The position numbers were made by a program, and so were the translations under genes. This document shows positions 8,932 to 18,354 of a DNA stretch of 64,000 nucleotides, one piece after another. This DNA comes from Candidatus Rokuibacteriota bacterium (GTDB taxonomy: Bacteria > Methylomirabilota > Methylomirabilia > Rokubacteriales > CSP1-6): assembly GCA_003220265.1 (NCBI GenBank), contig QHRW01000112.1, forward strand, positions 8,814-72,813, in the 5' to 3' direction. The stretch's first letter is position 1, and every line of letters begins with the position of its first letter. Below the pieces are notes generated by a model. That model was not told the DNA's origin. It ran no database searches and was given only the letters and a program-made list of their open reading frames with translations.

Positions 8932-10809
8932 ATGAGGAAGCGCGCCGACGACAATGCCGCCGCTCGACTGGCGGCCCTCGTCGACTCGTCCGACGACGCC
9001 ATCGTCAGCAAGACGCTGGACGGCACCATCACGTCGTGGAACCGCTCGGCCGAGCGCATCTTCGGCTACGCCGCCGCCGAGGCCGTGGGCCAGTCGATCT
9101 TCATGATCATCCCGCCGGACCGGATGGAGGAAGAGCGCGAGGTGCTGGCCCGGCTGCGGGCGGGCGAGAGAGTCGAGCACTTCCAGACCGTCCGCCGGCA
9201 CAAGGACGGGACGCTCGTGAACGTCTCGGTCGCCGTGTCGCCGGTGAGGGACGCGCGCGGCCGCCTGATCGGCGCCTCCAAGATCGCCCGCGACATCGGC
9301 GAGCGGAAGCGGCTCGACGAGACGCTGGCCCTGCTGGGCGCCATCGTGGACTCCTCCGACGACGCGATCGTCAGCAAGACCCTGAACGGCATCATCACCT
9401 CGTGGAACCTGGCGGCCGAGCGGCTGTTCGGATTCACGGCCGCCGAAGCCGTCGGTCAGTCGATCCTCTTGATCATTCCTCATGACCGGCGCGCCGAAGA
9501 AGACATGGTGCTGGCGCGGGTGCGCGCCGGGGAGGCCGTGGACCATTTCGAGACCGTGCGCCGGCGCAAGGACGGCTCGCTGGTGGACATCTCGCTGACC
9601 GTGTCGCCGGTGAGGGACTCGCAGGGGCGCGTGATCGGCGCCTCCAAGATCGTGCGCGACGTCAGCGCGCGCAAGCGCCTGGAGCGTGAGCGGGCGGCGA
9701 TGTTCGAGGAGGCCCAGCAGGCCAACCGGGCCAAGGACGAATTCCTCGCGATGCTGGGCCACGAGCTGCGCAATCCGCTCGGGGCCATCAGCAGCGCGGT
9801 CCGGCTGCTCGGGCCTCCGGAAGCCACCAGCGAGCGCGCGACGCTGGCCCGCGACGTCATCGCGCGGCAGACCCGTCACCTGAGCCGCCTGGTAGACGAC
9901 CTGCTCGACGTGGCCCGCGTCATGACGGGCAAGGTGCTGCTCGAGCGGCAGCCGCTCGACCTCGGCGACGTGGTGACGCGTCACGTGACCAGCCTGCGCG
10001 CGACCGGCAAGATGCAGGAGCACGTCGTGAATCTGGAGACGACGCCCGTCTGGGTGGACGCCGACGTGATCCGCATCGAGCAGATCATCAGCAACCTCGT
10101 CTCCAACGCGCTCAAGTACACGCCGGCCGGCGGCACCATCACGATCCGCGTCAGCCGTGACAACGGGTTCGCCGTGCTCACCGTGGAGGACACTGGCGTC
10201 GGCATGCAGCCGCACCTGCTGTCGCGGATTTTCGACCTGTTCGTGCAGGGCGAGCGCCGGCTCGAGCGCACCCAGGGCGGCCTGGGCATCGGGCTCACGC
10301 TCGTGCGGCGGCTGGTCGAGCTGCACGGCGGCACCGTGGAAGCGTTCAGCGAGGGGCCCGATCTTGGAAGCCGATTCACCGTCCGCCTGCGCGCGAGCAC
10401 CGCGCCCCGGGCCATGGGCGATGCGCGCCGCCCGCCGGGATGGTCCGTCGCCTCGCGGCGCATCCTGGTCATCGAGGACAACGCCGACGCCCGGGCCATG
10501 CTGCGCCATCTGCTCGAGATCGCCGGGCACGAGGTCCACGAGGCCGCCGACGGCCGCCAGGGGCTCGAGATGGCGTTGTCGATCCAGCCCGACGTTGCGC
10601 TCATCGACCTCGGCCTGCCCGGCCTCGATGGCTACGAGATCGCGCGCCGGCTCCGCGCCGCCGACGAGCGGCGCAACATCCTGCTCGTCGCCGTCACCGG
10701 CTATGGCTCGCCCGAGGACCGCGAGCGCTCGCTCATGGCCGGCTTCGACGTCCACCTCGTGAAGCCCGTCGATCCCGACCTGCTCGCCGGTGTCCTGGCG
10801 CGCCGCTAG
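8932..10809 (+). CDS. Hybrid sensor kinase PAS-PAS-HisKA-HATPase-REC
   Basis: Two near-duplicate PAS domains (VDSSDDAIVSKTL), GHELRNPL, NALKY, DTGVG, GLGIGL, receiver IDLGLP and KP. Confidence 0.95.
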   Translation: MRKRADDNAAARLAALVDSSDDAIVSKTLDGTITSWNRSAERIFGYAAAEAVGQSIFMIIPPDRMEEEREVLARLRAGERVEHFQTVRRHKDGTLVNVSVAVSPVRDARGRLIGASKIARDIGERKRLDETLALLGAIVDSSDDAIVSKTLNGIITSWNLAAERLFGFTAAEAVGQSILLIIPHDRRAEEDMVLARVRAGEAVDHFETVRRRKDGSLVDISLTVSPVRDSQGRVIGASKIVRDVSARKRLERERAAMFEEAQQANRAKDEFLAMLGHELRNPLGAISSAVRLLGPPEATSERATLARDVIARQTRHLSRLVDDLLDVARVMTGKVLLERQPLDLGDVVTRHVTSLRATGKMQEHVVNLETTPVWVDADVIRIEQIISNLVSNALKYTPAGGTITIRVSRDNGFAVLTVEDTGVGMQPHLLSRIFDLFVQGERRLERTQGGLGIGLTLVRRLVELHGGTVEAFSEGPDLGSRFTVRLRASTAPRAMGDARRPPGWSVASRRILVIEDNADARAMLRHLLEIAGHEVHEAADGRQGLEMALSIQPDVALIDLGLPGLDGYEIARRLRAADERRNILLVAVTGYGSPEDRERSLMAGFDVHLVKPVDPDLLAGVLARR

Positions 10810-10810
10810 C

Positions 10811-11260
10811 TCAGCGCAGGCCGAACCCGCGCGCCATGAAGCTGGCGACGAAGACGATGACGACGACCAGCGCCAGCTCGACGTGATTGAGGTGAAAGAG
10901 GGCGCGGGCCGCTGAGGTATCGGGCGCGCCGCCGTTGCGGACGGCGCGCCGCCAGCGGATGAGCGTGACCATCGGCCACACTTCCAGCCCGACGACCAGC
11001 GCGAACAGCGCCAGCTTCAGCCAGAAGAGCCGCGAGGCCAGGTAGAACGCGCTGCCCTTCTCGAGCCCCCCGAACGCGCGCAGCAGCCCCGTGACCAGCC
11101 AGAGCCCGGCGGCCACGCCCCAGATGCTGTCGGCGGCGAACAGCCGCCGAAGCCCGTCGCGATCGAGCGGTCCCTTCAGGGCGCGGCCGCGCAGGAACAC
11201 GCTCGACAGCCCGAGCGCCAGCGCCAGGTAGTGAAAGGCCGCGACGATCGCCGCGATCAT
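10811..11260 (-). CDS. DUF2214-family membrane protein
   Basis: 4 TMs; HYLAL, GLEKG-x2-FY, MARGFG. Confidence 0.8.
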   Translation of the reverse strand: MIAAIVAAFHYLALALGLSSVFLRGRALKGPLDRDGLRRLFAADSIWGVAAGLWLVTGLLRAFGGLEKGSAFYLASRLFWLKLALFALVVGLEVWPMVTLIRWRRAVRNGGAPDTSAARALFHLNHVELALVVVIVFVASFMARGFGLR

Positions 11261-11278
11261 CGCGCGTAGTCTAGCGGA

Positions 11279-12499
11279 CTAGTGTCGCCAGCGGCGATCC
11301 TGCCCGCGCCGGCGCTCCGCGCGCATGGCCGCCAGCCGGTCCGCGAGCGGGATCTCCAGCCGCTCGGCCGGGCGCGCGGCATAGTCGAATCCCGGCAGCG
11401 TCACGCGCGGGATGCGTGTGCCGACGGCGCGCTCGATCGAGCGCAAGTCGCCTTCCTCGGCCGGCGACACCAGCGTCATGGCGTCCCCGACGGCCTCGGC
11501 GCGCGCCGTGCGGCCGACGCGGTGGATGTAGTCCTCCGCGGCCGGCGGCACGTCGAAGTTCACGACGTGGCTGAGACCGGTGACGTCGATGCCCCGCGCG
11601 GCGATGTCCGTCGCGACGAGGACGCGGCAGGTGCCGGCCTTGAAGGCGGCCAGCGCCTGCGTGCGCTGGGCCTGGCTCCGATTGCCGTGAATGCGGTCGG
11701 CCGGCACGCCCTGGCGGACGAGCCCCTCCGCCAGGCGGTTCGCGCGGTGCTTGGTGCGGGTGAACACCAGCGCGTTGCGCACCCCGGGCTGGCGCAGCAG
11801 CTCCACCAGCAGCGGCAGCTTCATCTCGGCCGCCACGGGGTAGGCGGCGTGGCTCACGCCGACCGCCGGCGCCGACGGGCGCTCGATGTCGAGCGTCACC
11901 GGCTGGCGCAGCAGCTCGCGCGCGAGGGCGGCGATCGCCGGCGGCATCGTCGCCGAGAACAGCAGATTCTGCCGCTGCGCGGGCAGGAGCTTCATGATCC
12001 GCCGGATGTCCGGCAGGAAGCCCATGTCGAGCATCCGGTCGGCCTCGTCGAGCACCAGCGTCTCGATCCGGTCCAGGCGCGCATACGGGCGCGAGAGGTG
12101 ATCGAGCAGGCGGCCCGGCGTGGCCACGAGCACGTCGGCCCCGCGGCGGAACGCCGTCTCCTGCGGGCCCATCGAGACGCCGCCGAAGATCGCGGCGCCG
12201 CCGATGCGCGTGAAGCGTGCGAGCGCGCGACGATGCTCGTCGATCTGGGCGGCCAGCTCGCGCGTCGGCGCCAGCACGAGCGCGCGCGTGACGCCGGTGG
12301 GCCGGCCCAGCAGCCGCTGGAGGATCGGCAGGATGAACGCGGCCGTCTTGCCGCTGCCGGTCATCGCGCAGGCCAGGACGTCGCGGCCGGCCAGCGCGGG
12401 CGGGATCGCATCCTTCTGGATCGGCGTGGGCAGCGTGTAGCCGAGCGCATCGACGGCGCGCAGCAGGTCGGGGTGAAGATCGAACGACGTGAACGACAT
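11279..12499 (-). CDS. DEAD-box RNA helicase (RhlE-like)
   Basis: PTPIQ, TGSGKT, PTRELA, TPGRL, DEAD, SAT, ARGID, HRVGRTAR. Confidence 0.96.
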   Translation of the reverse strand: MSFTSFDLHPDLLRAVDALGYTLPTPIQKDAIPPALAGRDVLACAMTGSGKTAAFILPILQRLLGRPTGVTRALVLAPTRELAAQIDEHRRALARFTRIGGAAIFGGVSMGPQETAFRRGADVLVATPGRLLDHLSRPYARLDRIETLVLDEADRMLDMGFLPDIRRIMKLLPAQRQNLLFSATMPPAIAALARELLRQPVTLDIERPSAPAVGVSHAAYPVAAEMKLPLLVELLRQPGVRNALVFTRTKHRANRLAEGLVRQGVPADRIHGNRSQAQRTQALAAFKAGTCRVLVATDIAARGIDVTGLSHVVNFDVPPAAEDYIHRVGRTARAEAVGDAMTLVSPAEEGDLRSIERAVGTRIPRVTLPGFDYAARPAERLEIPLADRLAAMRAERRRGQDRRWRH

Positions 12500-12681
12500 C
12501 AGTGAGAGTTCCTCGTGTGGGCGCACCTGGGCCCGTTCAGTCTTCCGCGAGATTGAGCACGCCCCACGAAGCGGAAGTGGCCGGGGAAACGCGGTCTGAG
12601 TTGAAGCCGAGGGCTCGCAGTGAACCGACGATCGAACCAGACGCCGCCCAGTATACACGCAGTGGTGAAATTCCAACTGAC

Positions 12682-12749
12682 TAACGACGAGGACGAGCTA
12701 ACGAGCGGGGCCGGGTAACGAGGAGGATCGGGTAACGAGGGGCGCCCCG
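12682..12749. repeat. Degenerate 17-bp tandem repeat, TAACGA core x4
   Basis: TAACGA at 12682, 12699, 12716 and 12733 (exact 17-bp period). Confidence 0.7.
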
Positions 12750-12810
12750 GCTCCGCCGGGGCGTCCCGAGCCTCCAAGGGGGGCTTGGGGGGCTCATCGA
12801 GGCCCCCCAT
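12733..12810. repeat. REP-like double-hairpin element, copy A
   Basis: CGCCCCGGC-TCC-GCCGGGGCG plus GGGGGGCTCATCGAGGCCCCCC; similar to copies at 20188, 30531, 47665, 58213 and 62472. Confidence 0.75.
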
Positions 12811-12814
12811 CTAA

Positions 12815-13246
12815 CTAGGGCCTGAGCCGGCCGAGCTCGAGCGTGCCGTGCCCCGTCACGATCTGGCCAGCCGGGTCCACGACGTCGCCGACCAGGCGGC
12901 CGGAGAGCAAGCGCAACGCGACGCGCCCGCCATCCCGCAGGTCGAAGACCAGGTCGTCACCGACGATGCGCCCCAGGCGCCGAACGGTCGTCTCGCGGCC
13001 CTTCTTGCCCGGCAGCGTGAAGTAGCCGAAGACCGTGTCGCGACGGATGCCGTCGGCGACCGAGACCTCGACCCGCCGCGGAGTGCCCGCGGCGTCGACG
13101 AGCGTGCCCTGCCACGCGCCCAGCGTGAGGTCGGCGCGCAGGGGGGCGGCGGCGATGGCGAACGCGGAGGGAGCGACGGTGGACGTCTCGCCGCTGGGAG
13201 AGCCCGTCACGGCAAAGAGGAGGAGGAGGACCGCCCTGTGGAGCAT
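12815..13246 (-). CDS. Secreted beta-barrel-like hypothetical protein
   Basis: N-terminal hydrophobic signal; GAWQGTL lipocalin-like first strand. Confidence 0.65.
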   Translation of the reverse strand: MLHRAVLLLLFAVTGSPSGETSTVAPSAFAIAAAPLRADLTLGAWQGTLVDAAGTPRRVEVSVADGIRRDTVFGYFTLPGKKGRETTVRRLGRIVGDDLVFDLRDGGRVALRLLSGRLVGDVVDPAGQIVTGHGTLELGRLRP

Positions 13247-13251
13247 GGCAC

Positions 13252-13650
13252 TTACCGCACTTTCGTGGCACCCCAGCGGGCACGGGCGGCGCGCCGGGCG
13301 ATCGCCGCACGCTCCGTGGGACTCAGTTTGGCTGCCCGGGCGCGGCCGCCCTTCAGGCCCCCGCGGCGGCCGAGCTCGACCGCGACGGGGTCCTTCATGG
13401 ACGGCACCCGGGGGCTCGTATCGGTGATCCAGGCGATGAGGCGCTTCACCGCCCACGGCGTCTCGGGCGCACCAGCACCGGCCGGAGGCACCGCCGGTTC
13501 GTCATTAGGAAGATTGTTTGCTCGCTGGTAGCACGGCAGGTGAAACCAGGCGCCGTAGAGGTAGACCGACAGGTCGGCCGCGGAGATCGCGCCGGCGCAG
13601 GCAAAACAGCGGTCGGCGGCGGTCTCGGGACTCTTGCGCGGCTGGCCCAT
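13252..13650 (-). CDS. Zn-finger (CxxC...HxxC) + basic GRRGGLKGG-motif protein
   Basis: CFAC-x18-HLPC; KDPVAVELGRRGGLKGGRARAAKLSPTERAAIARRAARARW. Confidence 0.65.
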   Translation of the reverse strand: MGQPRKSPETAADRCFACAGAISAADLSVYLYGAWFHLPCYQRANNLPNDEPAVPPAGAGAPETPWAVKRLIAWITDTSPRVPSMKDPVAVELGRRGGLKGGRARAAKLSPTERAAIARRAARARWGATKVR

Positions 13651-13720
13651 ACCCGACCGCTCAAGCAAGCGCCGTACCGGTACGCGTGGCGAGGCGAGAC
13701 GCTCTACTCGAGCTACCGTC

Positions 13721-14212
13721 TCAGGCCGCGCGCTCGCGGCGCTCCCGACGCTCCTGGCAGTCGCGGCAGACCGCCACCTCGGGCATCGCGGCCAGCCGGG
13801 CCGGCTCGATGGCGCGCCCACACTCCTCGCACGTCCCGTACTCGCCGTGGGCCAGGCGCTCCAGGCCCCGCGTCAGCCGGTTGATGCGCTCGGCGATACG
13901 CGCGCGGTGCATCAGGCTCATGTCCACGCGCTCGGTGGCCTGCGCGACGTCGCCCTCCTCGAACGGGCTCTCGCCGGTGCCACCCGGCTCCTCACGCTCG
14001 GCTGCGCGGGTCAGGCGCGCCAGCTCCTCCACGGCCGCGCGCCGCTCGGAGAGCAGGTGCTCGCGGGTCTGCTCCGGAGACGCGCGGCGGCCGCCGCGCT
14101 GCGTGCGGCGTCGTGGCGCGGATTCGGTAGCGTGCGAGTCGAGCTTGCCGCTGCCGGTGGCCGGGATGCGCTCCGCATCGGTGCGCTGCTGGTGTTCTGG
14201 TGTCTTCGCCAT
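13721..14212 (-). CDS. TraR/DksA C4-type zinc-finger protein
   Basis: Coiled coil with EEGDVA tip; YGTCEECG-x2-I-x3-RL...CRDC. Confidence 0.9.
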   Translation of the reverse strand: MAKTPEHQQRTDAERIPATGSGKLDSHATESAPRRRTQRGGRRASPEQTREHLLSERRAAVEELARLTRAAEREEPGGTGESPFEEGDVAQATERVDMSLMHRARIAERINRLTRGLERLAHGEYGTCEECGRAIEPARLAAMPEVAVCRDCQERRERRERAA

Positions 14213-14279
14213 GGTGACGAAGGATAGCGAGCGGCGTGCCAGGGACTCGCGCGCGGCACCGCTGAAACTACGACAACAC

Positions 14280-15314
14280 CTACGGCAGGAGCTTGAACAG
14301 GGGCTCGAGATTCTTGGGGTCGGGCCGCAGCGTCCCGATGCCGTGGCGCCGGTAGAGCTCGACCACGGCCTCGTTGATCGGCGTCGGAATGCCGACCTTC
14401 TTGCCTTCGGCCACGACGTAGCCGTTGAGGTAGTCGATCTCGGTGCGGCGCCCACGCATCACGTCCTGCAGCAGCGAGGGCCGGCCCCCCGCGCGCGACC
14501 TGGCGTCGCGGCTGATGTCGGCTTCCACTTCGGCGAGGCCCCGGCCCTCGACGGCGTCGAGGAAGCGCTGCGGGGCGATGGACCAGATCGGCTCCACCTC
14601 GAAGCCGCGCGCGCGACCGACACGGATCACCTCGGCGCCCAGGAACACGGCCAGCCGCCGCGGCCCCGGCTCCACGCGCAGCTCGGCCGTGCCAAGCCCG
14701 CTGAGGCCGGCGATGGGATTGGCCATGCAGTTGATCGCCAGCTTCGACCAGCGCTCACCGAAGAGATTCGTGGTCACGCTGGTCGGCGCCACCACGCTCA
14801 GCATCTCGGCCAGCGCGCGCGCTCGTGGCGTGTCGCGGCCGTCGAGCTCGCCGATCTTGAAGCCGGCGTGGCCGGCGTCCGTGCGCATGGCGTGGCCGGC
14901 CTCGTACATGCCGGCCGCGATGAGGATCACGCAGCCCAGCGTGCGCTCGCGGCCGGCCACGGCGGCGACGCGCTCGTCGTTGATGCCGTTCTGGAAATCC
15001 ACGACGACGCCGTCGGGGCGCGCGAGGTAGGCGAGGCCGAGCGCGGTGGCCCACTCGGTGTCGTAGGATTTCACGGCCACGAAGACGGCGTCGAACGGCT
15101 GCGTGAGGCGCTGCATCTCGTGCAGGTGGAGCGCCTTCACCGGGATCACGTGATCGCCGCAGGTGCCGGACAGGCGCAGGCCCTCGCGCTTGAGCCGCTC
15201 CACGTGCTCGGGCCACTGGTCCATCAGCGTCACGTCGTGGCCGCCCTTCGTGAGCAGCCCGCCCACGACGCAGCCGATCGCGCCGGCGCCCAGGATTCCG
15301 ATGCGCATCGCCAT
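14280..15314 (-). CDS. Ketopantoate reductase (PanE/ApbA) family
   Basis: GAGAIG, AVKSYDT, FQNG, WSKL-x2-N, SLLQD...TEIDYLNG. Confidence 0.92.
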   Translation of the reverse strand: MAMRIGILGAGAIGCVVGGLLTKGGHDVTLMDQWPEHVERLKREGLRLSGTCGDHVIPVKALHLHEMQRLTQPFDAVFVAVKSYDTEWATALGLAYLARPDGVVVDFQNGINDERVAAVAGRERTLGCVILIAAGMYEAGHAMRTDAGHAGFKIGELDGRDTPRARALAEMLSVVAPTSVTTNLFGERWSKLAINCMANPIAGLSGLGTAELRVEPGPRRLAVFLGAEVIRVGRARGFEVEPIWSIAPQRFLDAVEGRGLAEVEADISRDARSRAGGRPSLLQDVMRGRRTEIDYLNGYVVAEGKKVGIPTPINEAVVELYRRHGIGTLRPDPKNLEPLFKLLP

Positions 15315-15346
15315 GGTGCCGGCAGCCTACCGCGCGTCGCCGCGCA

Positions 15347-15376
15347 TTGACAACCCCCGCCGCGAGCCCCTAGAGT
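15347..15376 (+). promoter_or_regulatory. Sigma70-type promoter TTGACA-N18-TAGAGT
   Basis: Perfect -35; -10 box 9 nt before ATG 15386. Confidence 0.6.
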
Positions 15377-15385
15377 CGCCGCACA

Positions 15386-16285
15386 ATGATCGACTGGTCC
15401 GGCATCTACCACATCCTCGCCACGCCGTTCCTCGACGACGGCGCGCTCGACGTCGAGGGCCTGCCGCGTCTGGTCGACGCGGTGCTCGGCAGCGGCGTCG
15501 CGGGGATCACCATCCTCGGCATCGCGGGCGAGGCGCATCGCCTGAGCGACGAGGAGCGCCGCCGCGTGGTGGACGGGGTGGTGAAGGAAGCCCGCGGGCG
15601 CGTGCCGGTGGCGGTCGGCGTGTCGGCCTCCGGCACGCACCTGGCCTCGGGCTTCGCGGTGATGGCGCGCGAGCACGGCGCCGACGCCGTGATGGTGGCG
15701 CCGCCCGCGGGCGCGCGCAATCTCGACGCCGTGGCCGAGTACTACCAGGCCGTCGCCGCCGCCGGGCGCCTGCCCGTCGTGCTACAGGACGAGCCGGTGA
15801 CGACCCAGGTCGTGATGCCGCCTGCGTTCATCGCGCGGCTCATCGCCGAGGTGGACGCGGCACAGGCGGTGAAGCTCGAGGAGGCGCCCACGCCGCCCAA
15901 GATCACGCGGCTGCGCGCGCTGGGCGGGCGGCAGGTGCCGATCTTCGGCGGGCTCGGGGGCGTGTACTTCTTCGAGGAGCTCTCGCGCGGCGCGGTCGGC
16001 GCCATGACGGGATTTCCGTATCCCGAGGCGCTGCGCGCGATCCACGCGCATTTCGCCGCGGGCCGCCGCGCCGAGGCGCGCGCGCTCTTCTACCGCTGGC
16101 TGCCGCTGATCCGCTACGAGAGCCAGCCGGGCTCCGTGCCCGGCACGTCGATGGCCATCCGCAAGGAGATCCTGCGCCGCCGCGGCTGGCTCCGCTCGGC
16201 GCGGGTACGGCCGCCGGCCACGGCGCTGGACGCCGCCACGCTGGAGGAGCTGTCGGAGATCATCGCCGCAGTCGTCCCGGAGTGA
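15386..16285 (+). CDS. Dihydrodipicolinate synthase (class I aldolase) family protein
   Basis: ATPF, LG-x2-GE-x3-LS-x2-ER, Schiff-base Lys in AVKLE, RVRPP. Confidence 0.9.
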   Translation: MIDWSGIYHILATPFLDDGALDVEGLPRLVDAVLGSGVAGITILGIAGEAHRLSDEERRRVVDGVVKEARGRVPVAVGVSASGTHLASGFAVMAREHGADAVMVAPPAGARNLDAVAEYYQAVAAAGRLPVVLQDEPVTTQVVMPPAFIARLIAEVDAAQAVKLEEAPTPPKITRLRALGGRQVPIFGGLGGVYFFEELSRGAVGAMTGFPYPEALRAIHAHFAAGRRAEARALFYRWLPLIRYESQPGSVPGTSMAIRKEILRRRGWLRSARVRPPATALDAATLEELSEIIAAVVPE

Positions 16286-17892
16286 CCGGCGCCAGGCGGC
16301 TCGTCGGCGCGCTTGCCGCCGCCGGCGTCCGCCAGCTCTTCACGCTCTCCGGCAACCAGATCCTGTCCGTCTACGACGCGACGATTGGCCGCGACATCGA
16401 GCTGATCCACACGCGCCACGAGGCCGCCGCCGTCCACATGGCCGATGCCTGGGGCCGGCTCACCGAGCAGCCCGGCGTCGCGCTCGTCACCGCCGGGCCC
16501 GGGATGCTGAACGCGGTCTCCGCGCTCTACACCGCGCGCATGGCGGACTCGCCCGTCGTGCTGATGGCCGGCGCCAGCCCCCGCGGTCAGCGCGGGCGCG
16601 GCGCGTTTCAGGAGGTCGACCAGGTCGCGGTCGCGCGGCCCGTCGTGAAGGCGGGGTGGTCGATCGAGGATCCCGCGCGCGCAGGAGATGACGTCGCGCG
16701 CGCGCTGGCGCTGGCCGCAAGCGGCCGGCCGGGCCCGGTGTACCTCAGCCTGCCCGGCGACGTGCTCGAGGGCGCGGCGCCGGACGCCGACGGAGCATCA
16801 TCAACGGCGGGCGGGGAGCGCGTGCTGCCCGCACTCGGCGAGCGAGACGCGCTGGCCGTCGTCGCGCTGCTGGCCGAGGCCAAGCGCCCGCTGATCCTGA
16901 CGGGCCCGGCGATGGGCCGTGGTGCGCGATGGGCGGCGGTCGAGCGCCTGGCGAGCGCGGTCGGCGCGCCGGCGCTGCCGATCGAGAGCCCGCGCGGCGT
17001 CAACGACCCCTGGCTGCGCGGCGCCACGCGGCTGCTCGGCGAGGCCGACGTCGTGCTGCTCCTCGGCAAGCCGCTCGACTACTCGCTGCGCTTCGGCGAG
17101 GCATTTGCGCGCGGCGCGCGCGTGATCGCCCTCGACCTGGATGCCGTCGCCGACGCCAGGGGGATCACGCTGAGCCTCACCGGTGACCCGGCGCCGGCCG
17201 CCGAGCGCCTGGCGGCGGTGGCCGCCACCCGCGCGCGGCCGGTCACGGCGTGGCGCGACGAGGTCGAGGCCGCGCGGCGCGCGACCCCGCCGACGTGGGA
17301 AGCGCTGCGCCGCGCCGACGGCGCGCCGATCCACCCGTTGCGTGTGTGCGACGCGCTGGCGCCGCACGTCGCGGCGGGCGCGCTCCTGATCACCGACGGC
17401 GGCGAGTTTGGCCAGTGGGTGCAGGCCGGCCTCGCCCCGCGCGAGCGCATCATCAACGGGCTCAGCGGCTCCATCGGCAGCGCGCTGCCGATGGCCATCG
17501 GCGCCAAGCGGGCCCAGCCCGACCGGCCGGTGATCGCCGCGATGGGCGACGGCACGTTCGGCTTTCACGCCTTCGAGCTGGACACGGCGGTGCGCCACGG
17601 GCTGCCGATCGTCGTGGTGATCGGCAACGACGCCCGCTGGAATGCCGAGCACACGCTGCAGCTCCGCACCTACGGCGCCGAGCGCACGGTGGGCTGCGAG
17701 CTGCTGCCCTCGCGCTACGACCAGCTCGCCGCCGCGCTCGGCTGCCACGGCGAGCTCGTGCAGCGGCCCGATGAGCTGGCGCCGGCGCTCGCGCGCGCGC
17801 TGGGGGCGGGGCGCCCCGCCTGCGTGAACGTGCTCATCGACGGCCAGCCGGCGCCGACCTTCGGCGGCGGCGGCACGCGCGGGCAGGCGTGA
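16282..17892 (+). CDS. Thiamine-diphosphate-dependent enzyme (acetolactate synthase-like)
   Basis: RHE-x3-MAD, TAGPG, FQE, RPGPV, GDG...N ThDP motif; GTGA overlap. Confidence 0.92.
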   Translation: MTGARRLVGALAAAGVRQLFTLSGNQILSVYDATIGRDIELIHTRHEAAAVHMADAWGRLTEQPGVALVTAGPGMLNAVSALYTARMADSPVVLMAGASPRGQRGRGAFQEVDQVAVARPVVKAGWSIEDPARAGDDVARALALAASGRPGPVYLSLPGDVLEGAAPDADGASSTAGGERVLPALGERDALAVVALLAEAKRPLILTGPAMGRGARWAAVERLASAVGAPALPIESPRGVNDPWLRGATRLLGEADVVLLLGKPLDYSLRFGEAFARGARVIALDLDAVADARGITLSLTGDPAPAAERLAAVAATRARPVTAWRDEVEAARRATPPTWEALRRADGAPIHPLRVCDALAPHVAAGALLITDGGEFGQWVQAGLAPRERIINGLSGSIGSALPMAIGAKRAQPDRPVIAAMGDGTFGFHAFELDTAVRHGLPIVVVIGNDARWNAEHTLQLRTYGAERTVGCELLPSRYDQLAAALGCHGELVQRPDELAPALARALGAGRPACVNVLIDGQPAPTFGGGGTRGQA

Positions 17893-18354
17893 TCACGTCG
17901 ACGTTCGCGAAAGGAACGCTCGAGCTTTTTCAGAAAACCCGAATCGATACGAAAGTATCCCGAGGCCGATGAACATCAGAACGTTCCCGATGAAGGCGCC
18001 CCCTCGTTGTGCGGGGGTGCTCAGCTCGTACTTCGGCAGACCCTGGCCGGGAGGGGGCGAAGTCAGCTGGGCGTAGGCGACCACGAGGAACACGATCGAC
18101 AGTGCGGCAAGTCCCAGCATCCGGCTCTTCGGCCAGCGCTTCCAGATCGCCACCACCGTGACGACGAGAAAGCTCAGCAGTCCTGCCTTGATCACGAATT
18201 CGGCGAAGAACAGCATCACGTCAGCCGGCGCCTTCGCGGATCGCCACAGGCTCGTGAAGGCCGCCACCGTCCAGGCCAGGACAGCCGGAAAGAAGATCAC
18301 GCACGCCATCAAGAGCAGGGCCTGCACGAGCCAGACGGACAGCGGACGTTTCAT
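17893..18354 (-). CDS. Hypothetical 4-TM membrane protein (lower GC)
   Basis: 153-aa hydrophobic ORF; ATGA overlap with the upstream gene. Confidence 0.75.
   Translation of the reverse strand: MKRPLSVWLVQALLLMACVIFFPAVLAWTVAAFTSLWRSAKAPADVMLFFAEFVIKAGLLSFLVVTVVAIWKRWPKSRMLGLAALSIVFLVVAYAQLTSPPPGQGLPKYELSTPAQRGGAFIGNVLMFIGLGILSYRFGFSEKARAFLSRTST

Noticed and set aside
8980-9680. ~360-bp internal direct repeat as a mobile element
   Set aside because: It is simply the tandem PAS domains of the kinase
12733-12810. GC hairpins of the repeat family as intrinsic terminators
   Set aside because: No following U-tract, and several copies lie inside apparent operons or a CDS
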